From: an uncultured bacterium
GTDB lineage: Bacteria > Acidobacteriota > HRBIN11 > JAKEFK01
Assembly (NCBI GenBank): GCA_963777505.1
Contig: CAVZQN010000006.1
Location: 96,001 to 160,000, forward strand
Reading direction: 5' to 3'
Length of the DNA: 64,000 nt
A program made the position numbers and the translations under genes. The first letter of the stretch is position 1. The number at the start of each line of letters is the position of its first letter. Shown here piece by piece: positions 1 through 11,804 of this stretch. The notes beneath the pieces are model-generated. The model ran no database searches, was not told the DNA's origin, and saw only the letters and a program-made list of their open reading frames with translations.

Positions 1-17
1 ATATTAAGGAGCAAGGT

Positions 18-455
18 ATGAAAGAAATCAGTGCACAGGAAGCAAATGAAGTCATGCAGAAGGACGCGTCTGTGATTTATCTTGATGTGCGATCAACGCA
101 GGAATTTGATCAAGGACATCCGATACGGGCGTTGAATATACCAATTATGAACATGGTTCCTGGTATGGGTATGGTACCGAATCCCGAATTCGTGAACGTT
201 GTCGAAGCAAACATTTCAAAGGATGCTACGGTGCTCGTGGGATGCAAGTCAGGTGGACGCTCAGCTCGTGCAGTTGAAATTTTATCCGGGATGGGTTTTC
301 AAAATCTTACCAACATTCGCAGCGGCTTTGTCGGATCAATGGACATGACAGGACGAATCGTTGAACCGGGCTGGAGTCTGTTGAATCTTCCACTTTGTTC
401 AGCCTGCGAAGAAAACGCCTCGTATTCGTATCTCGAATCAAAAGCCAAAAAATAG
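18..455 (+). CDS. Rhodanese-like domain protein (sulfurtransferase)
   Basis: YLDVRSTQEFDQGHP N-terminal motif and active-site loop VGCKSGGRS; SD-like AGGAG upstream. Confidence 0.88.
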   Translation: MKEISAQEANEVMQKDASVIYLDVRSTQEFDQGHPIRALNIPIMNMVPGMGMVPNPEFVNVVEANISKDATVLVGCKSGGRSARAVEILSGMGFQNLTNIRSGFVGSMDMTGRIVEPGWSLLNLPLCSACEENASYSYLESKAKK

Positions 456-460
456 TTTTT

Positions 461-488
461 CTTGGCGTCATGGCGCCTTGGCGGTGAG
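461..488 (+). repeat. Family-A dispersed intergenic repeat (8-nt periodic: CTTGGCGT CATGGCGC CTTGGCGG TGAG)
   Basis: Three degenerate 8-mers between convergent genes; same pattern as 28657-28717 and other copies. Confidence 0.6.
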
Positions 489-489
489 C

Positions 490-1599
490 CTAAATTTCGA
501 TAATTCCGCGGTCAAGCATTCGACGCACGATTTTCAGTGCATCAACTTCACGAAGCGGTGTAATCGTCAATATCGATTTCAGATCCCATTTGCCATTGAT
601 TCTTGTAACAAGATAACTTTCTTCGGAAGACAATCTTTCCTTAGATAACTGTTCCAACGGCATGCGCAGTTTCAAAATCGATGCAGGCGAAATTACATCT
701 TCATAAATGCTTTGAACAAAACTCTCTTCTGCATGAAGCAAAAGCTCTTTTATTTCTAGACTGTCTTCATACTGCAGTGCGTAATTAAATAAATTGATTG
801 CCTCTTCCCATCGTGCAAGAGCCATTTTCTTGCGTGCATTCTCAATAATTGTAGTGAGCGGAATCGCTTCCGAAACTGGCGGCTTCACAGGTTCACCGTA
901 ATTGCTTATTTGGACTAAATTATTTCCCTTGAGCGTATTTAAAGAATGCACAACACGATATTCAGTCCCATGACTCTGAGCGATTATGTCGTTAATTGAA
1001 CGTTGTCCATCGACCAATTGGAAAACCGTGCTTATGAATGAATCAGCGATCTGCTCATTTGCGCTTGACGTTTCTGTTTTTGAAAATATGATACGGCGCG
1101 ATGGATATAATTCTCTGAGTACCTTCCATTCATCTCTACGTTTTAGGCCTTCCGAAACCAAAGACTCAACGTCCATCGATGTGGGAATCAGTCTGACCGC
1201 AGGGAGTTGATTGTCGAAAAATTCAAAGTCTGCATCATCCCAGAGAAACATCATGAAAACGCTTTCTTTACATTTTGTTTCCAGCATGACCAGGAGTTCT
1301 TCTTCGCTAACCGCGCCGATCATCACAAGGATTTTTCCAAGCATGACCTTGGTTTTTTTTTGGACTTCGAGCGCTTCGGTAAGCTGCTCCTCTGTGATTT
1401 TCTTTTCGGATACTAAAAAGTTGCCGAGATATTCGCTGGCATCAGAAGATCCGGATGAAATAATTTTGCCTTTCTCAAAATAAAGCCGTCTCCATGCATT
1501 GCCTCGAACCAGCTCCAGAGTGCCCGTGCTTTTGCGGCTTGCAATGAACCTCAGCAGTTCATCGACAGGCATCGTAGCTGACTTCCCTTTTAAGCTCAT
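490..1599 (-). CDS. DUF4388 (PatA-N-like) domain protein with degenerate MshEN-like motif and a TPR-like segment
   Basis: LKGKSATMPVDELLRFIASRKSTGTLEL..LYFEKGKI pattern; tandem LG..LV...I/V.EE.L..AL motifs; VFQLVDGQRSINDII winged-helix-like segment. Confidence 0.75.
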   Translation of the reverse strand: MSLKGKSATMPVDELLRFIASRKSTGTLELVRGNAWRRLYFEKGKIISSGSSDASEYLGNFLVSEKKITEEQLTEALEVQKKTKVMLGKILVMIGAVSEEELLVMLETKCKESVFMMFLWDDADFEFFDNQLPAVRLIPTSMDVESLVSEGLKRRDEWKVLRELYPSRRIIFSKTETSSANEQIADSFISTVFQLVDGQRSINDIIAQSHGTEYRVVHSLNTLKGNNLVQISNYGEPVKPPVSEAIPLTTIIENARKKMALARWEEAINLFNYALQYEDSLEIKELLLHAEESFVQSIYEDVISPASILKLRMPLEQLSKERLSSEESYLVTRINGKWDLKSILTITPLREVDALKIVRRMLDRGIIEI

Positions 1600-2900
1600 T
1601 TTGTCAGACGATTCTCAGATATGGCCGAAAGGGATTCGGAGATGCGTAAAGATGCTTCTCTTAGTTCCTTTTCAGAATGCGCTGTGGAAATAAAGTTGGT
1701 TTCGAATTGTGAAGGCGCGGTGTAAATACCTTGTTCAAGAAGCTGCCAGAAAAATGCAGAATACTTTTTTGTATCTGTTTCTTTTGCCTCTTTAAAGTTT
1801 GCCGGAATACTTTTACGAAAGAAAATTGTCCACATGGACCCCATTTGTGAAATTGAAACCGGATATTCTTTAAGCTGAATCAGTTCACGGATAGGCTTCA
1901 ACAATGTGTCCGTTCGATGTTCCAGGACTGGATATGGCATTTCTTCCTTTAGAATTTTTAGAGCTGTGGAACCTGCAGCGGCTGCAACAGGATTTCCTGA
2001 AAGGGTACCTGCTTGATAAACGGGACCGAGCGGTGCGATTTTCTCCATGATGTCTGAACGTCCACCATAGGCAGCAAGAGGCATTCCCCCGCCAACAATT
2101 TTCCCCAGGATTGTGAGATCTGGTTCAATTCCAAAGAGCGACTGCACTCCGCCATAGAGCAAACGGAATCCTGTAATCACCTCATCAAAAATTAGAAGAA
2201 TTCCGTGGCGTTGAGTAAAGTCGCGAAGAGCATCAAGAAATCCTTTTTGCGGAGGCACAAGTCCCATATTTGCGGCCACCGGCTCCAGAATGATGGCAGC
2301 TGTATCGTTTAATACTTCGGCCGGTAACGCTTCGAGCGCTTCAATATCGTTGTATGCAACGGAAATAGTATGATGACTATAGTACGCAGGAACGCCTGCA
2401 GAGTCGGGCAGATCAAAAGTCGCCAGCCCAGAACCCCCTGCCGTTAGAAGACTATCCACATGGCCGTGATAACACCCTTCGAATTTAATGATATGGTTCC
2501 TGCCTGTGAATCCTCGTGCAACACGCAGCGAAGACATCACAGCTTCGGTTCCAGAACTGACAAGCCGCAGCTTTTGCATCGAAGGGATAGCGCTCCTGAT
2601 CTGTTCAGCCAGGATGATTTCCGCTTTACAGGGCGCGCCAAATGTGGTTCCCTGCATCGCAGCAGCATGAATGGCGCTCACAATAGCCGGATGTGCATGG
2701 CCGAGAATTAGAGGCCCCCAGGATCCCACAAAATCGATAAATTCGTTTCCATCCTCATCGTACACGTGGGAACCGTTGCCACTTTTGAAAAAAAGAGGGG
2801 TGCCGCCAACAGCTTTAAAAGCCCGGACCGGGCTATTTACGCCTCCGGGCATCAAATCCTGAGCGCGATTGTAAAGCTCTTTTGAACGATCTTGTTTCAT
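1596..2900 (-). CDS. hemL: Glutamate-1-semialdehyde 2,1-aminomutase
   Basis: PGGVNSPVRAF, SSGTEA, FEGCYHGH, FDEVITGFR, GKIVGGGMP, YQAGTLSGNP. Confidence 0.97.
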   Translation of the reverse strand: MKQDRSKELYNRAQDLMPGGVNSPVRAFKAVGGTPLFFKSGNGSHVYDEDGNEFIDFVGSWGPLILGHAHPAIVSAIHAAAMQGTTFGAPCKAEIILAEQIRSAIPSMQKLRLVSSGTEAVMSSLRVARGFTGRNHIIKFEGCYHGHVDSLLTAGGSGLATFDLPDSAGVPAYYSHHTISVAYNDIEALEALPAEVLNDTAAIILEPVAANMGLVPPQKGFLDALRDFTQRHGILLIFDEVITGFRLLYGGVQSLFGIEPDLTILGKIVGGGMPLAAYGGRSDIMEKIAPLGPVYQAGTLSGNPVAAAAGSTALKILKEEMPYPVLEHRTDTLLKPIRELIQLKEYPVSISQMGSMWTIFFRKSIPANFKEAKETDTKKYSAFFWQLLEQGIYTAPSQFETNFISTAHSEKELREASLRISESLSAISENRLTK

Positions 2901-2937
2901 GATCTATCTTAATGATCGTACGGCAGGAAATTTAAAA

Positions 2938-4293
2938 CTAGCTTCGTTGCTGTTCTACTTTATAAAGGAAATATGTTTCTCCCACTTTAATAATATCCCC
3001 TTCTTTAAGCTCAACTTTACGAACCTTTTTGTCATTTACAAATGTTCCATTTGTACTTCGTAGATCGTAAAGATAGTGCTTTCCCTCTTCAGAAATGATC
3101 CTGCAATGCTGGCCAGAAACAGTCACATCTTCTAACCTGATTTCGCAAACGCGAGATCTTCCGATAGATATAGGTATTGAGCGATCCAGGGTAAAAGCTT
3201 GCCCGAGATTTTTCCCTTTCCGCACAATTAGCAACGGTTTATCCATTAAGACAAAGGTTCTTGAAAGCAGTTCATCTGAATCGGCCTGCTTCATTAACAC
3301 TTCGGGGGGAAATGATGGAAGATCATCAGCTAAAGGAATATGCGGACGTTTGATTTGTCTGGTTTGCTGCGTGTGTTCTCCGGAAAACTCATCATCGGGT
3401 GATTTTGTCGCAACAGGTTCTGGTGACGCTGAACAATCAGGACAAATTGTTTCGTAATCTTCCAGCGGCTTACCGCAGGTTGGACAACTTCGTGTTTCCT
3501 TTTTGAAAGCGCGCGTTACAACCCATAAAACAACAGGGACTGCAATCAAGCCAGCGCCAGCAATCCACAAAAGATAACCATATCTGGCCATCAAGCCCGT
3601 TTGCCGTCTGGTTTGTCTGGATATTGGCGGTGCCGGACTAACGGATGGTTCCGGATTCTGCGTTGGAGCTGGTTCTTCTACAACAGGTGACGGAGTTGTA
3701 ACCGGCTGAGGTGCAGCAACCACTGCTCTTTGTCCAGCAATCGTTGATCGAATATTTTCAGCAAGTGATGCATCATTCAGTTCAAACACCGATCCACTTG
3801 TTAATTTGCTCATGCGCTGCAACGATTTATCACTTACTTTGCCAATCCCGATGCTATGGATTGCAATGCCATGAGTGTCCGCAAATTGCATTGCGTCTTC
3901 AATTGTTGCTGCGCTTTTTGTATCCACACCATCCGTGATTATTACAATTGCTTTCCGAACTGCTGGAGCTTTATCAAGCTCGCGGGCAGCATCAAAGAGC
4001 GCATCGTATAAATACGTATATGAATCGCTTGGACTCAGTGATCCAAGATCCTTTCGATTTACTTTTCGAAGTGAGTTTCCAAAAGCATAAATATTAATTG
4101 TGTCATCTGGCTTCGCTTGATCATGTAATTGATCTGTAATCTTTTTAGCTTTTGCAAACTGATCTGGTGGAATGGATCTGCTCATATCAAGCAAAATTGA
4201 AATTGCTTGAGTGTCCGCGAATGCAGACAAAGGAATAAGCAGAATGAAACAAAAAACTATTCCCTTCACAGGAAGTCTGGTTGATAGAAACAT
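2938..4293 (-). CDS. Membrane protein: signal peptide - vWA - Pro-rich linker - TM - zinc ribbon - FHA
   Basis: MIDAS DMSRS...ITDG; hydrophobic helix YLLWIAGAGLIAVPVVLWVV; CPTC..CPDC; FHA motifs IGR, VSGQH, STNGTFVN. Confidence 0.85.
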   Translation of the reverse strand: MFLSTRLPVKGIVFCFILLIPLSAFADTQAISILLDMSRSIPPDQFAKAKKITDQLHDQAKPDDTINIYAFGNSLRKVNRKDLGSLSPSDSYTYLYDALFDAARELDKAPAVRKAIVIITDGVDTKSAATIEDAMQFADTHGIAIHSIGIGKVSDKSLQRMSKLTSGSVFELNDASLAENIRSTIAGQRAVVAAPQPVTTPSPVVEEPAPTQNPEPSVSPAPPISRQTRRQTGLMARYGYLLWIAGAGLIAVPVVLWVVTRAFKKETRSCPTCGKPLEDYETICPDCSASPEPVATKSPDDEFSGEHTQQTRQIKRPHIPLADDLPSFPPEVLMKQADSDELLSRTFVLMDKPLLIVRKGKNLGQAFTLDRSIPISIGRSRVCEIRLEDVTVSGQHCRIISEEGKHYLYDLRSTNGTFVNDKKVRKVELKEGDIIKVGETYFLYKVEQQRS

Positions 4294-4329
4294 CAGTACT
4301 GATCCCCCCTACTAAACGTCAACTAGAAC

Positions 4330-6789
4330 TTATTCACTACCTATTGGCTCCTTCTCCTCCAAAGAAGGCAGCTTGGCAGCTGCTACAATCTTATCACCTT
4401 CTTCAACTTCCATCAGCCTGACACCGATTGATTGACGGCTGGCGATCCGGACATCGTCGGCAGAATAGCGAATAATCATGCCGGATTGGGTCAACATTAT
4501 GATCTCATCCCCCGGATTTACGCTCTCAACATCGACGATTAACCCGTTTCTGGGCCTGATTTTCATGTTAATTAGGCCGGACCCGCTTCGACCCTGGATC
4601 CTGTATTCCTCCAAAGGTGTCCGCCGGCCGAATCCATTTTCAGTAATCGTCAGGATCAGATCATTATTCGAGACGATCTCCATCCCAACAACATAATCTT
4701 CAGGCTTTAAACGGATACCTCTGACGCCGGTAGCCGTTCTTCCCATTTCGCGGAATTCTTCTTCCGGAAAACAGATTGCGCGGCCATGTGCAGTTCCGAT
4801 GAAAATATTTTTCTTACCATCGGTTACATGTGCCGTAAGCAGTTCATCATCTTCTCGCACATTCATGATACGCAACCCATTTCTGCGAATATTGCTCAAT
4901 GCACTGAGCCCCACTTTTTTAATAATTCCTTTACGTGACAAAATCGTGACGAATTTGTCATCGCCGTAGTCGGATACACATCGCAAGCGCGCGATCTGTT
5001 CATCAGCATCCATCGTTATATCGAACTGGGCCATAGCTTTTCCTTTTGTAGAAGGAGGCAAGTCGGGCAGTTCGTATGTTTTTAAGGTGTAGACTTTGCC
5101 TTTTTGAGTGAAGATCAGAATATCGCTATGCGTTGAAGCTACCGCCATTAAATCCAGGAAATCTTCTTCCTTCGTTTTCATTCCGATCTTACCTTTACCG
5201 CCTCGCCGTTGACGGTTGAAGGAGCTAAGAGAAGTTCGCTTAATGTAGCCTGAGTGCGTACAGGTAATGACAACCATTTCTTCGCGAACCAGATCGACCA
5301 TCGAAAGTTTTTTGGGCTCAGTATCTAGAATTTCGGTTCTGCGATCATCACCATACTCTTCTTTCAATTCGCGAAGATCACTCATGATGATCTGATCGAT
5401 TAAAGAAGGGTTGGCAAGAATCTCTTTCAATCTTGCAATCTCTTCGATCAGTTCTTTATGTTCTGAAAGGATCTTATCCCGCTCCATCGAAGTCAGACGT
5501 TGCAACTGCATGTCAAGAATGGCTTGTGCCTGAATTTCGGTGAGCGCAAACTCTGTAATCAAACCCTGCCGTGCGTCTTTTGGATTGGCAGAACGACGAA
5601 TGAGAGCAATGACTTGATCCAGATGATCCAGTGCAATCATTAAACCTTCGAGGATGTGAGCGCGCGCTTCAGCTTTTCGAAGTTCGAATTCTGTTCGTTT
5701 GTGGAGGACATCACGCCGGTGAGAAATAAAATGTTCAAGAATTTCGCGAATGTTAAGAACCTGTGGACGTCCATCCACAATGGCGAGGAAAATCGCACCA
5801 AAGGTATCCTGAAGACGTGTGTGTTTGTATAAGTTATTTAGAACAAAATCTGGATTTTCGCCGCGACGCAACTCAATAACAATCCGCATTCCTTGACGAT
5901 CTGATTCATCGCGAATATCTACAATTCCTTCGATTCGTTTCGCGCGGACAAGATCTGCAATCTCGATGACCAAATTCTTTTTATTTACCTGATATGGAAT
6001 CTCATGAACGATAATTGCGTCTTTGGTTCCTTTTTCTACCTTTTCAATCGATGCTTTCGCACGCATCGTGATCGAACCCCGGCCCGTCCTATATGCCTCG
6101 GAGATGGATGCTCTTGAATAAATCGATCCACCAGTCGGAAAATCCGGACCAGGAATAATTTGAAGAATGGTGTCCAGATCTGCAGCAGGATTTTGTATTA
6201 AGTGAATGACTGCATCACAAACTTCATTCAGATTGTGCGGAGGAACATTTGTCGCCATTCCAACCGCGATACCTGAAGAACCATTCAGCAAAAAGTTAGG
6301 TAACCGCGCGGGCAGTACTACAGGCTCAACTGTTTGTTCATCGAAATTTGCAACAAAACCGACAGTCTCTTTGTCGATGTCTTCCATCAACTCCATTGCA
6401 ATCCGATTGAGCCGGCTCTCTGTATATCTGTAATGTGCCGGAGGATCCCCATCGACCGATCCAAAGTTCCCCTGCTTACCAATCAAGGGATAACGCATGT
6501 TCCAGTCTTGAGCCATACGCACAAGAGCGTCATAAACGGCCGCATCACCATGAGGATGATATTTCTTCAACACTTCGCCGACGACACCTGCGCATTTTGA
6601 AAATTTGCGATCCGGCGTGAGTCCTTCACGAAGCATTGCATACAAGATGCGGCGGTGTACCGGCTTTAATCCATCACGTACATCGGGCACAGCTCTGCCC
6701 ATGATTACGCTCATTGCGTAATCGAGATACGATTTCTTTATTTCGTCTTCTATGTTTACCGGTACTTGTTCTTTTGCAAAGTCGTTCAT
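4330..6789 (-). CDS. gyrA: DNA gyrase subunit A
   Basis: [19 protein letters not shown] catalytic Tyr, GyrA-box QRRGGKG, C-terminal beta-pinwheel repeats. Confidence 0.98.
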   Translation of the reverse strand: MNDFAKEQVPVNIEDEIKKSYLDYAMSVIMGRAVPDVRDGLKPVHRRILYAMLREGLTPDRKFSKCAGVVGEVLKKYHPHGDAAVYDALVRMAQDWNMRYPLIGKQGNFGSVDGDPPAHYRYTESRLNRIAMELMEDIDKETVGFVANFDEQTVEPVVLPARLPNFLLNGSSGIAVGMATNVPPHNLNEVCDAVIHLIQNPAADLDTILQIIPGPDFPTGGSIYSRASISEAYRTGRGSITMRAKASIEKVEKGTKDAIIVHEIPYQVNKKNLVIEIADLVRAKRIEGIVDIRDESDRQGMRIVIELRRGENPDFVLNNLYKHTRLQDTFGAIFLAIVDGRPQVLNIREILEHFISHRRDVLHKRTEFELRKAEARAHILEGLMIALDHLDQVIALIRRSANPKDARQGLITEFALTEIQAQAILDMQLQRLTSMERDKILSEHKELIEEIARLKEILANPSLIDQIIMSDLRELKEEYGDDRRTEILDTEPKKLSMVDLVREEMVVITCTHSGYIKRTSLSSFNRQRRGGKGKIGMKTKEEDFLDLMAVASTHSDILIFTQKGKVYTLKTYELPDLPPSTKGKAMAQFDITMDADEQIARLRCVSDYGDDKFVTILSRKGIIKKVGLSALSNIRRNGLRIMNVREDDELLTAHVTDGKKNIFIGTAHGRAICFPEEEFREMGRTATGVRGIRLKPEDYVVGMEIVSNNDLILTITENGFGRRTPLEEYRIQGRSGSGLINMKIRPRNGLIVDVESVNPGDEIIMLTQSGMIIRYSADDVRIASRQSIGVRLMEVEEGDKIVAAAKLPSLEEKEPIGSE

Positions 6790-6800
6790 TACTTATCCTC

Positions 6801-6820
6801 TTAACCGCAGAGACGCGGAA
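6801..6820 (-). repeat. Family-A dispersed repeat (minus strand TTCCGCGTCTCTGCGGTTAA)
   Basis: Matches the consensus CTYTGCGTCTCTGCGGTDAA; lies in the gyrB-gyrA gap. Confidence 0.6.
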
Positions 6821-6822
6821 CC

Positions 6823-9273
<2,451 letters not shown>

Positions 9274-9335
9274 CTACCTCTGTTAAACGCCAAATCAAAT
9301 TTGACTTGCACGTACGGAATCCGTACGGTTCGCGT

Positions 9336-10426
9336 TTACATCTCCAGAACCCGGCCAGAGCTGATTCCAAAAAAACGCATGTTTCCGTTTCCTTGAAACA
9401 AGTCACGCCGTGAAGAACTGATAAGCGTTTGATAGCGATCTTTTATTTCGTGAAAAAATGCCTGGATTTTTCGCTCATCCAATTCAGAATCCAGGTCATC
9501 CAGCAACAAAACCGGACGATCTTCACGCCATTGTTCGTATAAATCGAGTTGTACCAGCAATAACAAAAGCAAATACGCGCGATGTTGACCGGAAGAACCA
9601 TACTTTCGAAGTTCTTTTCCATTCAGCACCATCCGGATTTCATCGCGATGCACACCAAGAAGCATGTTCCACGAAGAATCTCGCGATTTGCATTTTCTTC
9701 CAGCTTCTGTTGTAACTCCTGCCGTGAAGCCCGAAAATTGCTAATCAGCTCAATCTCAAGACTCGAACTACTATCAAAGAACAACTGCTTTTTCTTTCTC
9801 AGCAATTCCTGCAGCTGGTTCAGATATGCCGTTCTGTATTCGACAATTTCCAAACCATGTTCCAACAATTGCTGATTGAAAGCATAAAGACTGCGTAACC
9901 CCTCCTTTCTTCCAGATTCACCCTTCTGAAGCATCGCCAGCAAAGCGAGTTTTTGCTTCAAAGCCCGATGATATTGCATGAGTACAGGCAAATATGCCGG
10001 ACGGCTCATTGCAATCGATCGATCAATAAACTTTCTTCTTTCTTCTGGTCCACCTCTGACAACTTCAAGCAATGGGTAACTGAACAAAAACACATTCAAA
10101 ACGCCCAAATACCCAAGTGAATCAACTTTTTTCCGATCAAGAAAAGCATGCTTTTCAGTTTTCTCTAAATTGACTGCAAGCTGGTGCTTTCCATGAACTG
10201 TTTGAATGTTTCCTTCTACGATTGATCCTCCTTCACCAAAACGAAGAGTCTCAATAAGATTGCGCGTTCGAAACGACCGAAGCGTTGAAAGCAAATACAC
10301 TGCTTCAAGCAGGTTTGTTTTTCCCTGCGCATTCTCTCCGTAGATCACATTCATACCGGATCCTGGAAGCAGATCTACATCTTCCAGGTTTCTAAATTTC
10401 CGGATGCTCAGTTTCTCCAGTTCCAA
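9336..10426 (-). pseudogene. recF: DNA replication/repair protein RecF, split by a 1-nt frameshift near 9661 (probably an assembly artefact)
   Basis: N-part (9623-10426) has Walker A GENAQGKTNLLEA and SFRT; C-part (9336-9665) has GVHRDE, GSSGQ signature and LLLDDLDSELD; canonical position between dnaN and gyrB. Confidence 0.9.
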
Positions 10427-10434
10427 ATTCTCAG

Positions 10435-11547
10435 TTACAACCTCATTGGCATCAAAATGTACCGATAGTCAAATTGATCCGTACCTTTCGGCTTCATTAA
10501 AGCTGCTGTACTTTCACTATTCAGCTCTAAAATCACTTCTTCAGAAGAAGTAGCCGCAAGAAAATCCATCAAATATTGCGAATTGAATCCGATTTTTAAT
10601 TCCGGACCTTCATATTGGATTTCCAACGTATCGGATCCTTCAGCCATATCAGGATTGGCTGAGGATAATTTCGCCAAACCTTCTGTGATGCTGAATTCAA
10701 CGGCACGAGATCTTTCATTTGAAACAACAGACACTCTTCGGATCCTGCGATTCAGCTCCACACTGTTGAAGAAGGCCTGTTTTTCATTTCGTAACGAAAT
10801 AAATTTGTCATAATTCGGAAACTGAGCTTCAATATTTCGCGAAAGTAGATGATGTGCATCCACTCTGAAGAACACAAAATTTTCAAAACGGCCGAACTGC
10901 ACTTCTTCTTCTGCTTCAGGTAAAAGCTTCAACAATTCACCCAGTGCTTTCCTTGAAATAATGACTTCAATCTTTTCGCCGGATTTTTTCCCCTCAACTT
11001 CAGTTGAGACATACGCCAAACGATGTCCATCCGTACCGATCAACATCAAGCGATTTCCTTCAACCTGGAAGAGGGCGCCATTCATGGCATACCGTATATC
11101 TTCTTGAGCGATTGCAAAGATGACGCGGCGTATCATCTCCTTTAACACTGCAGCCGGAAGAGTTATTGCTTTTTCGCCGCTGATATCAGGAATCGGGGGA
11201 AATTCTTCAACAGGAAGGCCTGGTAATTTAAAATAAGCAGATCCGCATTTTATTTCCAGGAAATTATTCTCTAATTTCTTGGCCGAAACATCCGCCAAAT
11301 CTGGTAATTCTCTGACAATTTCAAAAATTTTCTTAGCTGGCAATGTGGCTTTTCCAGGCTTTTTTACTTCAGCTTCTGTGCGGCTTCGAAGCCCAACTTC
11401 CAGATCAGTCGCTGTCAGTTCTATGCTGCCCTTCTCTGCCGTCAGGAGAAGATTGCCCAATATTGGCATTGTGCTCTTTTTTTCAATAATTCCCTGCAAC
11501 AGCTGCAATTCCTTAAAAAAGGATTGCTTTGAAATCGAAAATTCCAT
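10435..11547 (-). CDS. dnaN: DNA polymerase III beta sliding clamp
   Basis: ATDLEV, GTDGHRLA, IGFNSQYLMD, YILMPMRL C-terminus. Confidence 0.98.
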   Translation of the reverse strand: MEFSISKQSFFKELQLLQGIIEKKSTMPILGNLLLTAEKGSIELTATDLEVGLRSRTEAEVKKPGKATLPAKKIFEIVRELPDLADVSAKKLENNFLEIKCGSAYFKLPGLPVEEFPPIPDISGEKAITLPAAVLKEMIRRVIFAIAQEDIRYAMNGALFQVEGNRLMLIGTDGHRLAYVSTEVEGKKSGEKIEVIISRKALGELLKLLPEAEEEVQFGRFENFVFFRVDAHHLLSRNIEAQFPNYDKFISLRNEKQAFFNSVELNRRIRRVSVVSNERSRAVEFSITEGLAKLSSANPDMAEGSDTLEIQYEGPELKIGFNSQYLMDFLAATSSEEVILELNSESTAALMKPKGTDQFDYRYILMPMRL

Positions 11548-11804
11548 TGTTTCCTCCTGGCGTAGTTTCGCGCGTATTCTGATAACACTGTTTATTTAAC
11601 ATTGGTATATATAAACAGTAGTAATAGTAGGGCTTGTGCGAATCTTGAAAACCTATCCAAACGCGCGCTGGATCAGCATCTTGCGTGTTGAAAAAAATGT
11701 GAATCATTTCATTTTACTCAGCTTGAATGTGCAACGGTTTTTAACTTCACAGTTGTTCACACATTCACACAGGTGTTTCTTTTCATGCATTGTTCAAAAA
11801 TCAT
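11548..11804. other. oriC unwinding region (dnaA-dnaN intergenic)
   Basis: AT-rich tract 11590-11615, trio run CAG-TAG-TAA-TAG-TAG 11616-11630, GGC cluster, then DnaA-box-like TGTGCGAAT (11635-43), TGTTGAAAA (11686-94), TGTGAATCA (11698-706), TTGTTCACA (11753-61). Confidence 0.8.

Noticed and set aside
9665-9680. parS-like half site TGTTCCACG within recF
   Set aside because: The second half (AAGAATC) does not match the palindrome
9336-10426. Programmed ribosomal frameshifting in recF (also considered for OPT and the Fn3 gene)
   Set aside because: No slippery heptamer or clear stimulator at the junctions; wobble-position indels favour consensus error
11513-11707. 64-aa ORF with a YYYY run between dnaA and dnaN
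   Set aside because: The Tyr run is the translated DnaA-trio tract; the region is origin DNA
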